A stretch of DNA of 64,000 nucleotides from Thermodesulfobacteriota bacterium (GCA_965223335.1 OZ244991.1:2368001-2432000); one strand, 5' to 3'. Shown: positions 19,658 through 30,582, counted from the stretch's first letter. A program made the numbers and translations. Notes: generated by a model from the sequence alone, not told the origin.

Positions 19658-20317
19658 CTATTCCCCTGTCACAATAGCATTATCTGCAACATCACCGGTG
19701 TTATACAAGACCGACCGCTCGCCCACATCCAGGTTGCTTAGCTTTATGGGAACATCGTGTTTTTTCAAAAACAGGTTAAGCGCTTTTAAAAAGGTATCCA
19801 TCACCCCTATGCCCCGCCGTGCCACCGTATCCACCACGGGGTAGCTGCCCCTGAGTTCAGCTACTATCCGGCGCGACTTTTTCGTAGCAATATCGGCCTT
19901 GTTGTACTGCAGCACCGTAGTCAGGTCCTCCATCCGCCGGCCGTGAATGTTCTCCACAATATCCCGAACGTCCTTATACGCAGCAAAGTTTTTTGTAATC
20001 CTTGCGGGGTCCAGGTCCACAACAAACACCATTATGTCCATGTCCTCCATCACTTTCTCGCGAATGGTCCTGTACTGCATCTGCCCGGGCACAGAATAGG
20101 CCGACACCCTTACGATCTTATTACCCCGGTCGATCACTTTTTTAGAGAAATGGTCAAAATATATGGTCCTCTCGCCCACTTTGGTAAGTACCGCAGTCTC
20201 GATATTCCAAATATCCGCAAGTATACGTAGGTTGGACGTTTTACCGGCCAGAGGCAGACCGGTATACACGATCTTTATGTTGTAGAGCATCTTTTCGCCG
20301 ATCCTGTAAACTCGCAT
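19658..20317 (-). CDS. MglA-like small GTPase
   Basis: KIVYTGLPLAGKTSNL, ERTIYFD, SVPGQ, QYNKAD. Confidence 0.85.
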   Translation of the reverse strand: MRVYRIGEKMLYNIKIVYTGLPLAGKTSNLRILADIWNIETAVLTKVGERTIYFDHFSKKVIDRGNKIVRVSAYSVPGQMQYRTIREKVMEDMDIMVFVVDLDPARITKNFAAYKDVRDIVENIHGRRMEDLTTVLQYNKADIATKKSRRIVAELRGSYPVVDTVARRGIGVMDTFLKALNLFLKKHDVPIKLSNLDVGERSVLYNTGDVADNAIVTGE

Positions 20318-20399
20318 CAGTATAAAACTCCGTTAATCAAAAAACCGCTCTTATCAGAAATGTAAAGGGGTCTAATACAAAGTATAATTCACAAATACC

Positions 20400-21473
20400 C
20401 TAAAGCATACTCCCGGCGTTTATCTCCACCGCCAGGGGATAAAACCTCTCCATCATCAGCCTTATCAGGTTATACACACGCTCTTCGTTCCCTACATACG
20501 ACTCGAGCTTTATCACGGGGATCTGAAGGTTAAACAACGTACCCAGGCGAAAATCCCTCCACGCATCGTCAAAGCTATAGTGATGCACCCCCTCACGCAC
20601 AAGCTCCATCCACCATGTATTTACCAGCTTATCCGCCCTGCCCTCCCTAAGCTCCGCATTTATACTCCCACCCACCAGCTTGGCCACATCTAGCGCTCCC
20701 ATCGACCTCACCGTCAGGTCCCAGTCAAGCGGCACAATGCTAAGCGACCCGTTTTGCTCGGCCATAAGCAGGTTATCGGCCCCATAGGCATAGTGCGTCA
20801 CTGTCTTTGGACGCGTATCGACAATCTCCCAGAGCCTCTCAAAATTGTCGTTTACCTTCTTCCCTATTTCCAGGAAGTCCTTGGGCAGATCAGTGCCAAA
20901 AAAGTCACGAAAGTGCTCCCACCTCTCGCCCCCTCCTATATGCATAAACGCATCCGGTGTGTAGTTGCGCTCGGGCATCCAAAACAACTTGTGCACGTCT
21001 TCGTGCTCCCACAACGATGCATGGACCCTGGCAATCACTTTAAGCGCCTCTTTTGCCTGCTCCAACGTCAGGCCCTCCATCCTGTCCGCAGGGGCATAGT
21101 CCGCCATGTCTTCGAGCAACACCACAAACTCAAGTGAATCCGGGTCCCTGGACGCTCCGTAACACTTGGGCAAACGCGTGCCGACAATGGGCGCAATGTG
21201 TTTGTAAAATAGCGCCTCGCGACCATAGTCATGGGCCGAATCCCCTATCAGCTTTGCGTCGGGGTCGGGGACTTTAACTATCATTGTTTTTGGCAGGTCC
21301 CCAATGTCTTCGTTTTCGTATGTAAGTTCAATCCGTACTATCCCATGCAGAAGCCCTATACTCATCGGCCCCAACTTGGTGGCACGTATATCCACAACTT
21401 TAGTCTCTACAGGATCTCCCCACTCCTCCAATACCCCGTTTATCCAATCAACTGTAAAATGCTCAAGCCTCAT
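20400..21473 (-). CDS. Aminoglycoside/ecdysteroid kinase-like phosphotransferase fold protein
   Basis: PKTMIVK, REALFY, PKCY, LLEDM, ARVHA, DNLL, LDWD, GALDVA; the catalytic loop is atypical. Confidence 0.8.
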   Translation of the reverse strand: MRLEHFTVDWINGVLEEWGDPVETKVVDIRATKLGPMSIGLLHGIVRIELTYENEDIGDLPKTMIVKVPDPDAKLIGDSAHDYGREALFYKHIAPIVGTRLPKCYGASRDPDSLEFVVLLEDMADYAPADRMEGLTLEQAKEALKVIARVHASLWEHEDVHKLFWMPERNYTPDAFMHIGGGERWEHFRDFFGTDLPKDFLEIGKKVNDNFERLWEIVDTRPKTVTHYAYGADNLLMAEQNGSLSIVPLDWDLTVRSMGALDVAKLVGGSINAELREGRADKLVNTWWMELVREGVHHYSFDDAWRDFRLGTLFNLQIPVIKLESYVGNEERVYNLIRLMMERFYPLAVEINAGSML

Positions 21474-21489
21474 CTCTCATACGCCCTCT

Positions 21490-21647
21490 TATCTTATCCC
21501 TACCTGCCGTTCGCATAAGACCGCTCACTGGAGGTCCCCATATCTTATCCCTACCTGCCGTTCGCATAAGACCGCTCACTGGCGGTCCCCATTATCCTAT
21601 TTTATCCCCTCCAGTCGCCATACTACCGCTCCCTTGCGGTCCCCATT
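21490..21647. repeat. Tandem short hairpin modules (two 51-bp copies plus one variant)
   Basis: tatcttatccctacctgccgttcgcataagaccgctcactgg(a/c)ggtcccca twice. Confidence 0.85.
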
Positions 21648-21677
21648 GTTTGCCTTCTTTATAGTGTTTGTTCCCTA

Positions 21678-21857
21678 TGGGATCCTCAGATCCCAATCCC
21701 GACATTCAGTGATTCGCGTTAAAAAAATAGCGCGATGAAGTCGTAAATTGATTTTCGGGGCCGGGGCCGGATTAAAATCAATTAGACGCAATTAGCTATT
21801 TTTAGTTAATCGCTGTTAGTCGGTGATTTTTGTTACTTTTCATCAAGGAAAAGTAAA
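21678..21857. repeat. Three-hairpin dispersed element, stem type B
   Basis: Same architecture as 19289-19469. Confidence 0.85.
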
Positions 21858-21869
21858 AATAAAAATCTT

Positions 21870-23216
21870 TTATTCAATAAATGCTCCTTTTTTTTGCCGT
21901 ATATAATAAATCCCCGCCATCATCGCAAACACCGCAAAAAATATCATGGCCCACTCCCCCATCGTGGGTATCGAAGTTGGTCTAGCTGGCACAATTACCG
22001 CAGGCCCGCCCCCTTCATCCTGCCCATATATGGGTGTCGTAAAGCGAAACAGGAACAGATTACTCGCATCTACACCCCTTACATTTAGCGCCCACACACC
22101 TGGCTCAAGACTATCCACATGTATGTCCATGACAGTCGGGTCAAAAGGTGCTGTGCTCAGATTAAACAGCTCCCATTCCCTATGGCCCGAAGTGTTTGGA
22201 TTATTAAACACATTGCCAAACGGATCTACTAGGTCGTATGTTATAGGTGGTGTTCTCCTGCCAAAATCAAGACACGAATCATCCGCGGGATTAAATTCCC
22301 CATTTGCCCCTTCTGGTTGAGCATTTGTACCCGCTGCAAACGAAGGGATTGTATTTGGTGTATTGGGATCGTCAGTATCCACTATATTGCTGCGAATACA
22401 AGAATTTGTAGCTAAATCAAACTCATGTGCAGAATTATAATCAAAGTCACCGTCATAGAACTGCAGCTCCACCGTGTTTTCCGGCACAATGAAATAAAAC
22501 GTCCAGTCACCGTCATACGTTGTGTCGTTCAAGCAGCATCCCGGCTCCCCGATATTGCACAAGATTCTATTAATTCCCGGCACCAAACAATTGGGATCAC
22601 TTAAGTCAAAGTGAGGATATATTATCGACGCTTGAAATCTGGGCTGAAACGCTACATTTTGTAATGGAAATATATAGACCACCCCGTCACTACGCAGTTT
22701 AAACGCATTAGAAGAACCAACCTGTAAACTATCGTATTCAATCAGCAGGCTGTATCTATATAAACCATCAGCACCCCTAGCGGAATTCACGTTATCAACA
22801 GTGTCTGCGAACCATCCATTATCGGGCATAGGGCTCCCAATATTCTTTCCAAACGACCCATCACCCGACCACCTGGCAACCTCAATTGCGCCTGTGCCAT
22901 CTCCATTAGGGTCTGCATACAATATGTAGCGCAAATTACTGATCCTAGTGTCCCAGTTTGGATTCCCACCTCCATCTCCGTCAAATACCCCAATCTCTAC
23001 ACTTGAGGATCCCAATGGAGCAATAATTCCAAGTTTTAGGGTGTTTACAAACAAATCACCAGATGTGGAATTGAGCCTCAGCATCTTACCATCATTATCT
23101 GTACAGGTCGGCAGACACGAGTAGGAAAAGGCATTCACCGGTAGCCATAGACCCACCAATAACATGATTACAACAATTAAGTATGATCTAGATATAATGT
23201 GTACGCTTAGCAACAC
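21870..23216 (-). CDS. IPTL-CTERM surface protein, family A
   Basis: Signal peptide, YSCLPTC N-terminus, Asp-rich DGD/DTDDPN motifs, C-terminal SIPTMGEWAMIFF TM + basic tail. Confidence 0.85.
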   Translation of the reverse strand: MLLSVHIISRSYLIVVIMLLVGLWLPVNAFSYSCLPTCTDNDGKMLRLNSTSGDLFVNTLKLGIIAPLGSSSVEIGVFDGDGGGNPNWDTRISNLRYILYADPNGDGTGAIEVARWSGDGSFGKNIGSPMPDNGWFADTVDNVNSARGADGLYRYSLLIEYDSLQVGSSNAFKLRSDGVVYIFPLQNVAFQPRFQASIIYPHFDLSDPNCLVPGINRILCNIGEPGCCLNDTTYDGDWTFYFIVPENTVELQFYDGDFDYNSAHEFDLATNSCIRSNIVDTDDPNTPNTIPSFAAGTNAQPEGANGEFNPADDSCLDFGRRTPPITYDLVDPFGNVFNNPNTSGHREWELFNLSTAPFDPTVMDIHVDSLEPGVWALNVRGVDASNLFLFRFTTPIYGQDEGGGPAVIVPARPTSIPTMGEWAMIFFAVFAMMAGIYYIRQKKGAFIE

Positions 23217-23285
23217 CTTTATATTCTCCTGTATAAATTAAGGCTTCTATTAATAGAATATTACAAACAGTTTCAATCTTATTTT

Positions 23286-24665
23286 TCAAATATTTTGCGT
23301 ATTTTGTCGCCTCTTCATAAAATAAATCCCCGCCATCATCGCAAACGCCGCAAAAAATATCATGGCCCACTCGCCCATGGTGGGTATTGATGTCGGCACC
23401 GCAGGCAGCAGCAATGTCGGATTTCCCCCCTCGTCCTGCCCAATCACTGCAAAGAGAAATCTAAATGCAAAAACGTTCCCAAGGTCAGCCCCCCTTACAT
23501 GCAGGTTCCATATCCCGGGCTCAATACCGTCCACATGAAGGTCCATTATCGAGGGATCAAATGGTGCGATACTCAGGTTAAAAAGCTCCCACTCCTCGTT
23601 ACCCGATACGTCCGGGTTATGAAAGACGTTGCCGACCGGATCAATCAAATCATACACCACAGCGGGCGAACGCTTAGGAATTTGAGCGCATGTATCATCC
23701 GCCGGACGAAAGTCCCCGTTTGCCCCCTCCGCTTTGACATTAGTACCCACTGCAAATGCCGGTATGGTGTTGGGCGTGTTTGGGTCATCGGTATCAACTA
23801 GGTTTGTACGGATACATTGTCCGGTATCAGGATCAGCATTAGGCGCCGAGTTAAAGTCAAAATCCCCATCCCAAACCCCCACTTCCGATATATTCTCAGG
23901 CACATCGAAGTAATAGTCCCATGTCCCGTCATTCGTAGTCTCATTTAAGCAGCATCCGGGCTCACCCCTATTACACTTTAGCCCTTCTCCAAAAACAAAA
24001 CAGTTCGGGTCCCCGAGCGAGAAGTCCGGATATACTATACGTACGTTTTCTTCAATGCTGTCGGGCCCCCCTGCTACTCTTACAGTAAAGTTCACATTCT
24101 GATGAGGGAATAAAAACAGTATGCCATCGGTTCTAAATTTAAACACAATGTTGGCAGTCCCGGGGCCAAACACCGGCACCTCGGCCACTATATAATATTT
24201 AAATGTACCGTCCGGGGCTTTTGCAAGATTAGTGTTCTCAATGCTGTCTATAAACCAATCGTTATCCGGCAGAGACATACCCGAGTTTCTGCCCGCTGAC
24301 CCGTCACTTGTCCACATGGCTACCTGATTAGTACCACTGCCGTCACCGTTTGGGTCGGCAAACATTGTGTACACAATTGTGCCGGTACCCCCATCCCAAA
24401 ATCCCGCAGGGTCCGTCCCATCGTCGCCGTCGAATATCCCTATCTCCACCTCATCGGCTCCGGGCGGCGATATAATCCCAAGCTGTATACGAGATATGAC
24501 TAAGCCAAAATTTTGAAAAACAAAAAACCTGCCGTCTATCACAGAGCACGTCGGCAGACACGAATACCCATACACTTTTCCCGGGATTGAGATCAGAAAG
24601 AAAGTTAAGATCACAAAGCAAATACGATAACCAAAAGATGTAGCGATCCGATTGAGCATATGCAC
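23286..24665 (-). CDS. IPTL-CTERM surface protein, family A
   Basis: Paralog; IPTMGEW tail. Confidence 0.85.
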   Translation of the reverse strand: MHMLNRIATSFGYRICFVILTFFLISIPGKVYGYSCLPTCSVIDGRFFVFQNFGLVISRIQLGIISPPGADEVEIGIFDGDDGTDPAGFWDGGTGTIVYTMFADPNGDGSGTNQVAMWTSDGSAGRNSGMSLPDNDWFIDSIENTNLAKAPDGTFKYYIVAEVPVFGPGTANIVFKFRTDGILFLFPHQNVNFTVRVAGGPDSIEENVRIVYPDFSLGDPNCFVFGEGLKCNRGEPGCCLNETTNDGTWDYYFDVPENISEVGVWDGDFDFNSAPNADPDTGQCIRTNLVDTDDPNTPNTIPAFAVGTNVKAEGANGDFRPADDTCAQIPKRSPAVVYDLIDPVGNVFHNPDVSGNEEWELFNLSIAPFDPSIMDLHVDGIEPGIWNLHVRGADLGNVFAFRFLFAVIGQDEGGNPTLLLPAVPTSIPTMGEWAMIFFAAFAMMAGIYFMKRRQNTQNI

Positions 24666-24855
24666 TCCCTCCCTAGTGTGTTATAAACTGCAAGTCGGTT
24701 TTGCTTATTTGACAATATCAGACTACATATATTGTATCATCAGATTGCCTTTAATTGTACGTATATTTTCAATAACAGATTTACTCCGTGTAATTATTTT
24801 GACCGCCCCTTCGGCAGTCCTCACAGCACACGGACGAGTACAGGCCCGTAGCGGG

Positions 24856-25509
24856 CTAGGCGGTGTTCTTAATTGGCTCATTTTCATACAACTTATCACG
24901 ATCCACCAGGTCCATCTCAGTAATCCTTATGCGCTCTTTCTGTACTGCAAAAAACTGATTCACACCCAATAAAAAGGTGTCTATCACCCCCACGCCCTGC
25001 TTGGCTATTGTATTCACTACCGAGTGCGTGCCTTTTAGTACGTCGAGGGCTGCCAAGGATTTCATTGTCGACAGATCGTATTTATTGTACTGCACGATTG
25101 TGGTTATATCCTCGAACTTCTTGTGGTGCACGTTTTCTACAATATCCACCACGTCTTCATATGCGGTCATGTTTTGCTCTACGCGATCAGGGTCCATATC
25201 GGCCACAAACACCATCACATCCATATCCTCCATCACACTCTCTCTAAACTTGCGGTACTGCTCCTGCCCCGGCACCGAGTATGCCGACACCCGAATAATG
25301 TTGTTGCCCCTGTCTATAACCTTTTTGGATAGATGGTCAAAATATATGGTCCTCTCACCCTCTTTGGTCAGAATCCCGGTATCAATTGACCACTGTTTTG
25401 CTAGTATGCGCAGGTTTGTTGTTTTCCCTGCATAGGGCAGACCAGTGTAAACAATCTTTAGGTTATAGAGCATCTTGTCACCAATCTTAAAAACGCGCAT
25501 GGCAGCCAT
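24856..25509 (-). CDS. MglA-like small GTPase
   Basis: KIVYTGLPYAGKTTNL, ERTIYFD, SVPGQ, QYNKYD. Confidence 0.85.
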   Translation of the reverse strand: MAAMRVFKIGDKMLYNLKIVYTGLPYAGKTTNLRILAKQWSIDTGILTKEGERTIYFDHLSKKVIDRGNNIIRVSAYSVPGQEQYRKFRESVMEDMDVMVFVADMDPDRVEQNMTAYEDVVDIVENVHHKKFEDITTIVQYNKYDLSTMKSLAALDVLKGTHSVVNTIAKQGVGVIDTFLLGVNQFFAVQKERIRITEMDLVDRDKLYENEPIKNTA

Positions 25510-25617
25510 CTCCTCTGTCAGATTTATTCCCGCATCCGTGTTCGGTGATACTCTGACTCAAATTATAACGCCGTTTTCTTTTCGAACAAGTATCTAGTGA
25601 ATTTTATACGTAATATA

Positions 25618-26979
25618 TTAAGCAAACAGGGACGCCCTTCTTCTCAGGTAATACACCCCCGCCATCATCGCAAACACCGCAAAAAATATCATGGCCCACT
25701 CGCCCATTGTAGGTATAGAGGTCGGCATTGCCGGCAACAGCAATGTAGGGTTGCCCCCCTCGTCCTGCCCTATCACAGCAAAATTAAACCTCATTGCAAA
25801 CAGGTTCCCAATGTCAGCGCCCCTCACTTGTATCTTCCACACCCCGGGCTCAATGCTGTCAACATGTAAATCCATGACCGCAGGGTCAAAAGGTGCTGTG
25901 CTCAGATTAAAGTACTCCCACTCCTCATTCCCCGACGCATTCGGATTCATATAAACATTGCCTAACGCATCAACAAAGTCATAAGTAATAGCAGGCGGGC
26001 GTTTGCTTGTATCAAAACAAAAATCGTCTGGTGGTGAAAAGTCTGCATTCGCACCCTCAGGCTGAGCGTTTTTACCCACAGCAAATGCAGGCACAGTATT
26101 GGGTGTATTGGGGTCATCCGTATCCAATTCTGTAGTTGATAGAATGCAGTTCCCGGTAGCTGGGTCCTGTTGACCTGCTGAATTATAATCAAAATCCCCG
26201 TCCCATGTACCTACCTCTGTTGTGTTTTCGGGCACCTCAAAGAAATAGCTCCATGAACCGTCATACGTTGTGTTGTTGAGGCAGCACCCTGGCTCACCAG
26301 TACTGCACCCCACACCGGTAGCAAATGTAAAACATGCCGGATCATCAAACACAAAATCCGGGTATATAATTTTTATGTTTCCCTCAAGACTGTCAGCCCC
26401 CCCAGCCAGCTTAGTCATAAAGTTAATGTTCTGATTTGGGAACAAGAACAGTACTCCGTCAGTACGGATTTTAAAAAGGATCGTTGCACCACCCGGCCCA
26501 AACATAGGCACCTCAGCCACTATATAGTATTTAAAAGTACCGTCCGGTGATTTGGCTAAATTAGTGTTCTCTATACTGTCTATGAACCAAGCATTGTCCG
26601 GCATCGGTGTCCCTGTGTTTCTGCCCCCCGACCCATTCCCGGTCCATTGGGCCACCTCAACAGTGCCAGTGCCATCACCATTTGGGTCTGCGAACATCGT
26701 ATATATTGTATTGCCTTCCCCGGAATCCCAAAAATTGGCCGGGTCTGCCCCGTCATCACCGTCAAATATCCCTATCTCCACCTCATTTGCCCCTGGTGGT
26801 GAAATGACTCCAAACCTTATGCTCGTGACAAGCAGCCCTATATTCGAATATACAAAAAATTTACCGTCCACCTCAGAACAGGATGGTAAGCAAGAATAAG
26901 CAAAAGCAGAACTGGGTATAAGGCAAACTACCAGAGTTAATAACAACAGGTGCAATCTTAGATCAACACGACTTAGCAT
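25618..26979 (-). CDS. IPTL-CTERM surface protein, family A
   Basis: Paralog; start set at MLSRVDL by analogy with 28452. Confidence 0.85.
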   Translation of the reverse strand: MLSRVDLRLHLLLLTLVVCLIPSSAFAYSCLPSCSEVDGKFFVYSNIGLLVTSIRFGVISPPGANEVEIGIFDGDDGADPANFWDSGEGNTIYTMFADPNGDGTGTVEVAQWTGNGSGGRNTGTPMPDNAWFIDSIENTNLAKSPDGTFKYYIVAEVPMFGPGGATILFKIRTDGVLFLFPNQNINFMTKLAGGADSLEGNIKIIYPDFVFDDPACFTFATGVGCSTGEPGCCLNNTTYDGSWSYFFEVPENTTEVGTWDGDFDYNSAGQQDPATGNCILSTTELDTDDPNTPNTVPAFAVGKNAQPEGANADFSPPDDFCFDTSKRPPAITYDFVDALGNVYMNPNASGNEEWEYFNLSTAPFDPAVMDLHVDSIEPGVWKIQVRGADIGNLFAMRFNFAVIGQDEGGNPTLLLPAMPTSIPTMGEWAMIFFAVFAMMAGVYYLRRRASLFA

Positions 26980-27090
26980 TCTCTCTCCCTCCAATGTGCA
27001 TCAATACCGTTTTCACGGCAGTATCAGGCTATATATCATTCTACATCCTTTCTGACCACGTATTTCAAATATGTTAAATGCCTGCATATG

Positions 27091-28452
27091 TTACATATGC
27101 GATATATCCCTCATCCGATGCAGGTAATATACCCCCGCCATCATCGCAAACGCCGCAAAAAATATCATGGCCCACTCGCCCATTGTAGGTATAGAGGTCG
27201 GCATTGCAGGCACAAACAACGTAGGATTACCACCTTCGTCCACTCCAACCACAGGCAATGTGAACCTCAACGCCATAAAGTTCCCAAGATCGGCTCCCCT
27301 GACATGCATGTTCCACACCCCTGCTGCTATGCTCTCCACATGTACATCCATTACAGTCGGGTCAAAAGGTGCTGTGCTCAGGTTAAACAGTTCCCATTCC
27401 TGATTGCCCGAAACGTTTTGGTTGTTATATATATTGCCCAGAGGCCCAATAAGATCATATGTGATCGGGGGCGAGCGCCTTGTAGGATCAAAACACCCGT
27501 CATCAGGCGGTAAAAAGTCCCCATTGGCCCCCTCAGGCTGCGTATTTGGGCCCATATCGAAAGGCGGCAATGTGTTGGGTGTGTTGGGATCATCCGTATC
27601 AACGATAGTGGTTTGAATACAGCCTCCCGCATTTGGGTCACCCCCGGGCGCGGAACTATAGTCAAAATCTCCGTCATACAGGTCAAGTCTGCTCACATTC
27701 CCCGGCACATCCATATAAAAATCCCAAATCCCATCATACGTCGTATTGTTAATACAGCATCCCGGCTCCCCCCGTTCACACGCAATTGTTCCAGTACCTG
27801 GGTCTAAACACGCGGGGTCGCTTGGATCAAAATCCGGGAATATGATCTTGGGGTTGTCCACAAATGTACCCGGCCCCCCAAACCAACTCGATGTAAAAGC
27901 TATGTTCTGGAAAGGAAATAAGTAGAGAACCCCATCTGTGCGCACCTTAAATACATTCGTTGGGTTACCTACAAATGAAGTACCTTCTACCAATAGATAG
28001 TACTTAAATGTACCGTCCGCAGCCTTTGCGGCGTTTGTGTTATTCAGTGTAGCTACAAACCAGTCATTATCCGGCATAGGGTTCCCCGCATTGTCCCCAC
28101 CAGAGCCGTCACCAGTCCATTTTGCAACCTGAAACGCACCGCTACCGTCTCCATTGGGGTCTGCAAAAAGTGTGTACTCCATTGTGATCTCAGATGAATC
28201 CCAAAAGTTATCTGCACCCACACCGTTATCACCGTCAAAAATCCCAAGCTCAACTGTTTGTGCTCCCGGGTGTGAAATCACTCCGATCTTCGTACTTGTT
28301 ATTATAAGCTCTGTACCTTGTAGCGCCATAAACTTCCCATCGTTATCAGCGCACGTCGGCAGACACGAATATGCAAAAGCAGAACTGGGCATAAGGAAAA
28401 CTACTAGAGTTAATAACAACAGGGGCAATCCAAGATCATCGCGACTTAGCAT
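27091..28452 (-). CDS. IPTL-CTERM surface protein, family A
   Basis: Paralog; IPTMGEW tail. Confidence 0.85.
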   Translation of the reverse strand: MLSRDDLGLPLLLLTLVVFLMPSSAFAYSCLPTCADNDGKFMALQGTELIITSTKIGVISHPGAQTVELGIFDGDNGVGADNFWDSSEITMEYTLFADPNGDGSGAFQVAKWTGDGSGGDNAGNPMPDNDWFVATLNNTNAAKAADGTFKYYLLVEGTSFVGNPTNVFKVRTDGVLYLFPFQNIAFTSSWFGGPGTFVDNPKIIFPDFDPSDPACLDPGTGTIACERGEPGCCINNTTYDGIWDFYMDVPGNVSRLDLYDGDFDYSSAPGGDPNAGGCIQTTIVDTDDPNTPNTLPPFDMGPNTQPEGANGDFLPPDDGCFDPTRRSPPITYDLIGPLGNIYNNQNVSGNQEWELFNLSTAPFDPTVMDVHVESIAAGVWNMHVRGADLGNFMALRFTLPVVGVDEGGNPTLFVPAMPTSIPTMGEWAMIFFAAFAMMAGVYYLHRMRDISHM

Positions 28453-28563
28453 TCTCTCTCCCTACAAAGTGTATAAATACCGTTTTTTCGGCAGTATCAG
28501 GCTATATATAATTCTACATCCTTTCTGACCACGTATTTCAAATATGTTAAATGCCTGCATATG

Positions 28564-29937
28564 TTACATATGTGATATATCCCTCATCCGATGCATGAAG
28601 TATACCCCCGCCATCATCGCAAACGCTGCGAAGAATATCATTGCCCACTCACCCATCGTGGGTATAGAGGTCGGCTCTGTAGGCAACAGCAACGTAGGGT
28701 TACCACCTTCGTCCTGCCCTATCACGGCAAAGAGAAACCTAAAGGCAAAAACGTTACCAAGGTCCGCCCCTCTTACATGCAGGTTCCATATCCCGGGCTC
28801 AATACTGTCCACATGAAAGTCCATTATCGAGGGATCAAATGGTGCAATACTCAGGTTAAAGAGCTCCCACTCCTGGTTCCCGGATACATCGGGGTTATGA
28901 AAGACATTGCCGACCGGATCAATTACATCGTATACCACAGCAGGCGAGCGCTTTGGTATATCGTTGCATGTATCATCTGGAGGTCTAAAATCCCCGTTTG
29001 CCCCTTCTGCTTTGGCATTAGTACTCACGGCAAATGCCGGCACAGTGTTGGGCGTGTTTGGATCATCGGTATCCACAATGTTTGTGCGGATACACTGACC
29101 GGTGTCAGGATCAGCATTAGGTGCAGAGCTAAAATCAAAATCCGCATCCCATACCCCCACTTCTCTGGTATTCTCAGGCACATCGAAGAAATAGTCCCAT
29201 GTACCGTCATATGTGCTCCTGTTCGTGCAGCACCCGGGCTCACCTCTGCTGCACCCTAAACCGACTCCAAATGTAAAACAGGCCGGGTCATCAAAATCAA
29301 AATCCGGATATATTATCTTTATATTTTCTTGCAGGCTGTCAGGTCCTCCCCTCAGTCTCTGTACAAAATTAATGTTCTGGTGCGGAAATAAAAACAGAAT
29401 GCCGTCGGTTCTAAATTTAAACACAATGTTGGCAGTTCCAGGCCCAAACACCGGCACCTCAGCCACTATATAATATTTAAATTTGCCGTCCGGCGCTTTT
29501 GCAAAATTTGTATTTTCTACACTGTCTATAAACCAATCATTATCAGGCATAGGTGTACCGGCGTTATTCCCACTCGACCCGTCACTTGTCCACTCGGCCA
29601 CCTCGAATGTACCACTGCCATCACCGTCTGGATCAGCAAACATCGTATAGACTATGGTTCCCGCACCAGCATCCCAAAACCCCGCCGGGTCTGCCCCATC
29701 GTCACCGTCAAATATACCTATCTCAACCTCATCGGCCCCGGGCGGCGATATTATTCCGAGCTGTATACGCGTTATTATCATCCCGAAGTTCTGAAAAACA
29801 AAGAACCTTCCATCCACCTCAGAACAGTTCGGTAGACACGAATATGCGTATACATACCCCGAACTTAAAACCAGCGAACTCACAAAAGCAGCAATAAATA
29901 ATAATGTTCTAGATATAGAACTCAGCCTTATAAGCAT
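28564..29937 (-). CDS. IPTL-CTERM surface protein, family A
   Basis: Paralog; IPTMGEW tail. Confidence 0.85.
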   Translation of the reverse strand: MLIRLSSISRTLLFIAAFVSSLVLSSGYVYAYSCLPNCSEVDGRFFVFQNFGMIITRIQLGIISPPGADEVEIGIFDGDDGADPAGFWDAGAGTIVYTMFADPDGDGSGTFEVAEWTSDGSSGNNAGTPMPDNDWFIDSVENTNFAKAPDGKFKYYIVAEVPVFGPGTANIVFKFRTDGILFLFPHQNINFVQRLRGGPDSLQENIKIIYPDFDFDDPACFTFGVGLGCSRGEPGCCTNRSTYDGTWDYFFDVPENTREVGVWDADFDFSSAPNADPDTGQCIRTNIVDTDDPNTPNTVPAFAVSTNAKAEGANGDFRPPDDTCNDIPKRSPAVVYDVIDPVGNVFHNPDVSGNQEWELFNLSIAPFDPSIMDFHVDSIEPGIWNLHVRGADLGNVFAFRFLFAVIGQDEGGNPTLLLPTEPTSIPTMGEWAMIFFAAFAMMAGVYFMHRMRDISHM

Positions 29938-30303
29938 AAGAGAACTCCAATATTTTAATTAGCCGAGATCAACCGGATGGTAATCCAAAGCTAGCCCCAA
30001 ATACCAATCTATTAGGCTATCTCTCAAAGTATTATAATATAAATCATATATATAACCAAACTATTACATTGCTCTATTTATTAGCAATCTGTATAATCAG
30101 CAGGCAGATGCTTACTACTGGGTTTGGAAGCTATATATCATTAATTATTCCATCACTTAATGGAACAAAAGTGTGGTATAATTTACTAACTAAATCTTAA
30201 TCACATTCATGCTCAATCTGGTTTTCTAATCTAGCGCGATCTCACACACTATCAAAGACAATGCAGGTTATCTCAATTAACTATTTAAGATCTAGGATCT
30301 ATT

Positions 30304-30582
30304 ATGGCTAAATTTATTGCTATTCACCCGGTAGAACCACCTGCCTCTATGGATGCGATCGGTCCATTAGCACGCAAAACAAAATTAGCATCCAGTGCCG
30401 ATGCATACTGGGTAAAGAGCTGGGTACAATTCAATGACGACGGTGATGTAATAGCAGTTTACTGCGAATGGGACGGCAAGGACGCCGAGACCATAAAATC
30501 AGCCCTCACATGCGCCATACCCGAGCTCCCCTTTCGCGAGGTCTCACGCATGACCGAAATCCACAGCGAGTTTTTTAGGTAG
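30304..30582 (+). CDS. DUF4242-like small protein
   Basis: MAKFIAIH, WVKSW, YCEWDGKDAETI pattern. Confidence 0.6.
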   Translation: MAKFIAIHPVEPPASMDAIGPLARKTKLASSADAYWVKSWVQFNDDGDVIAVYCEWDGKDAETIKSALTCAIPELPFREVSRMTEIHSEFFR

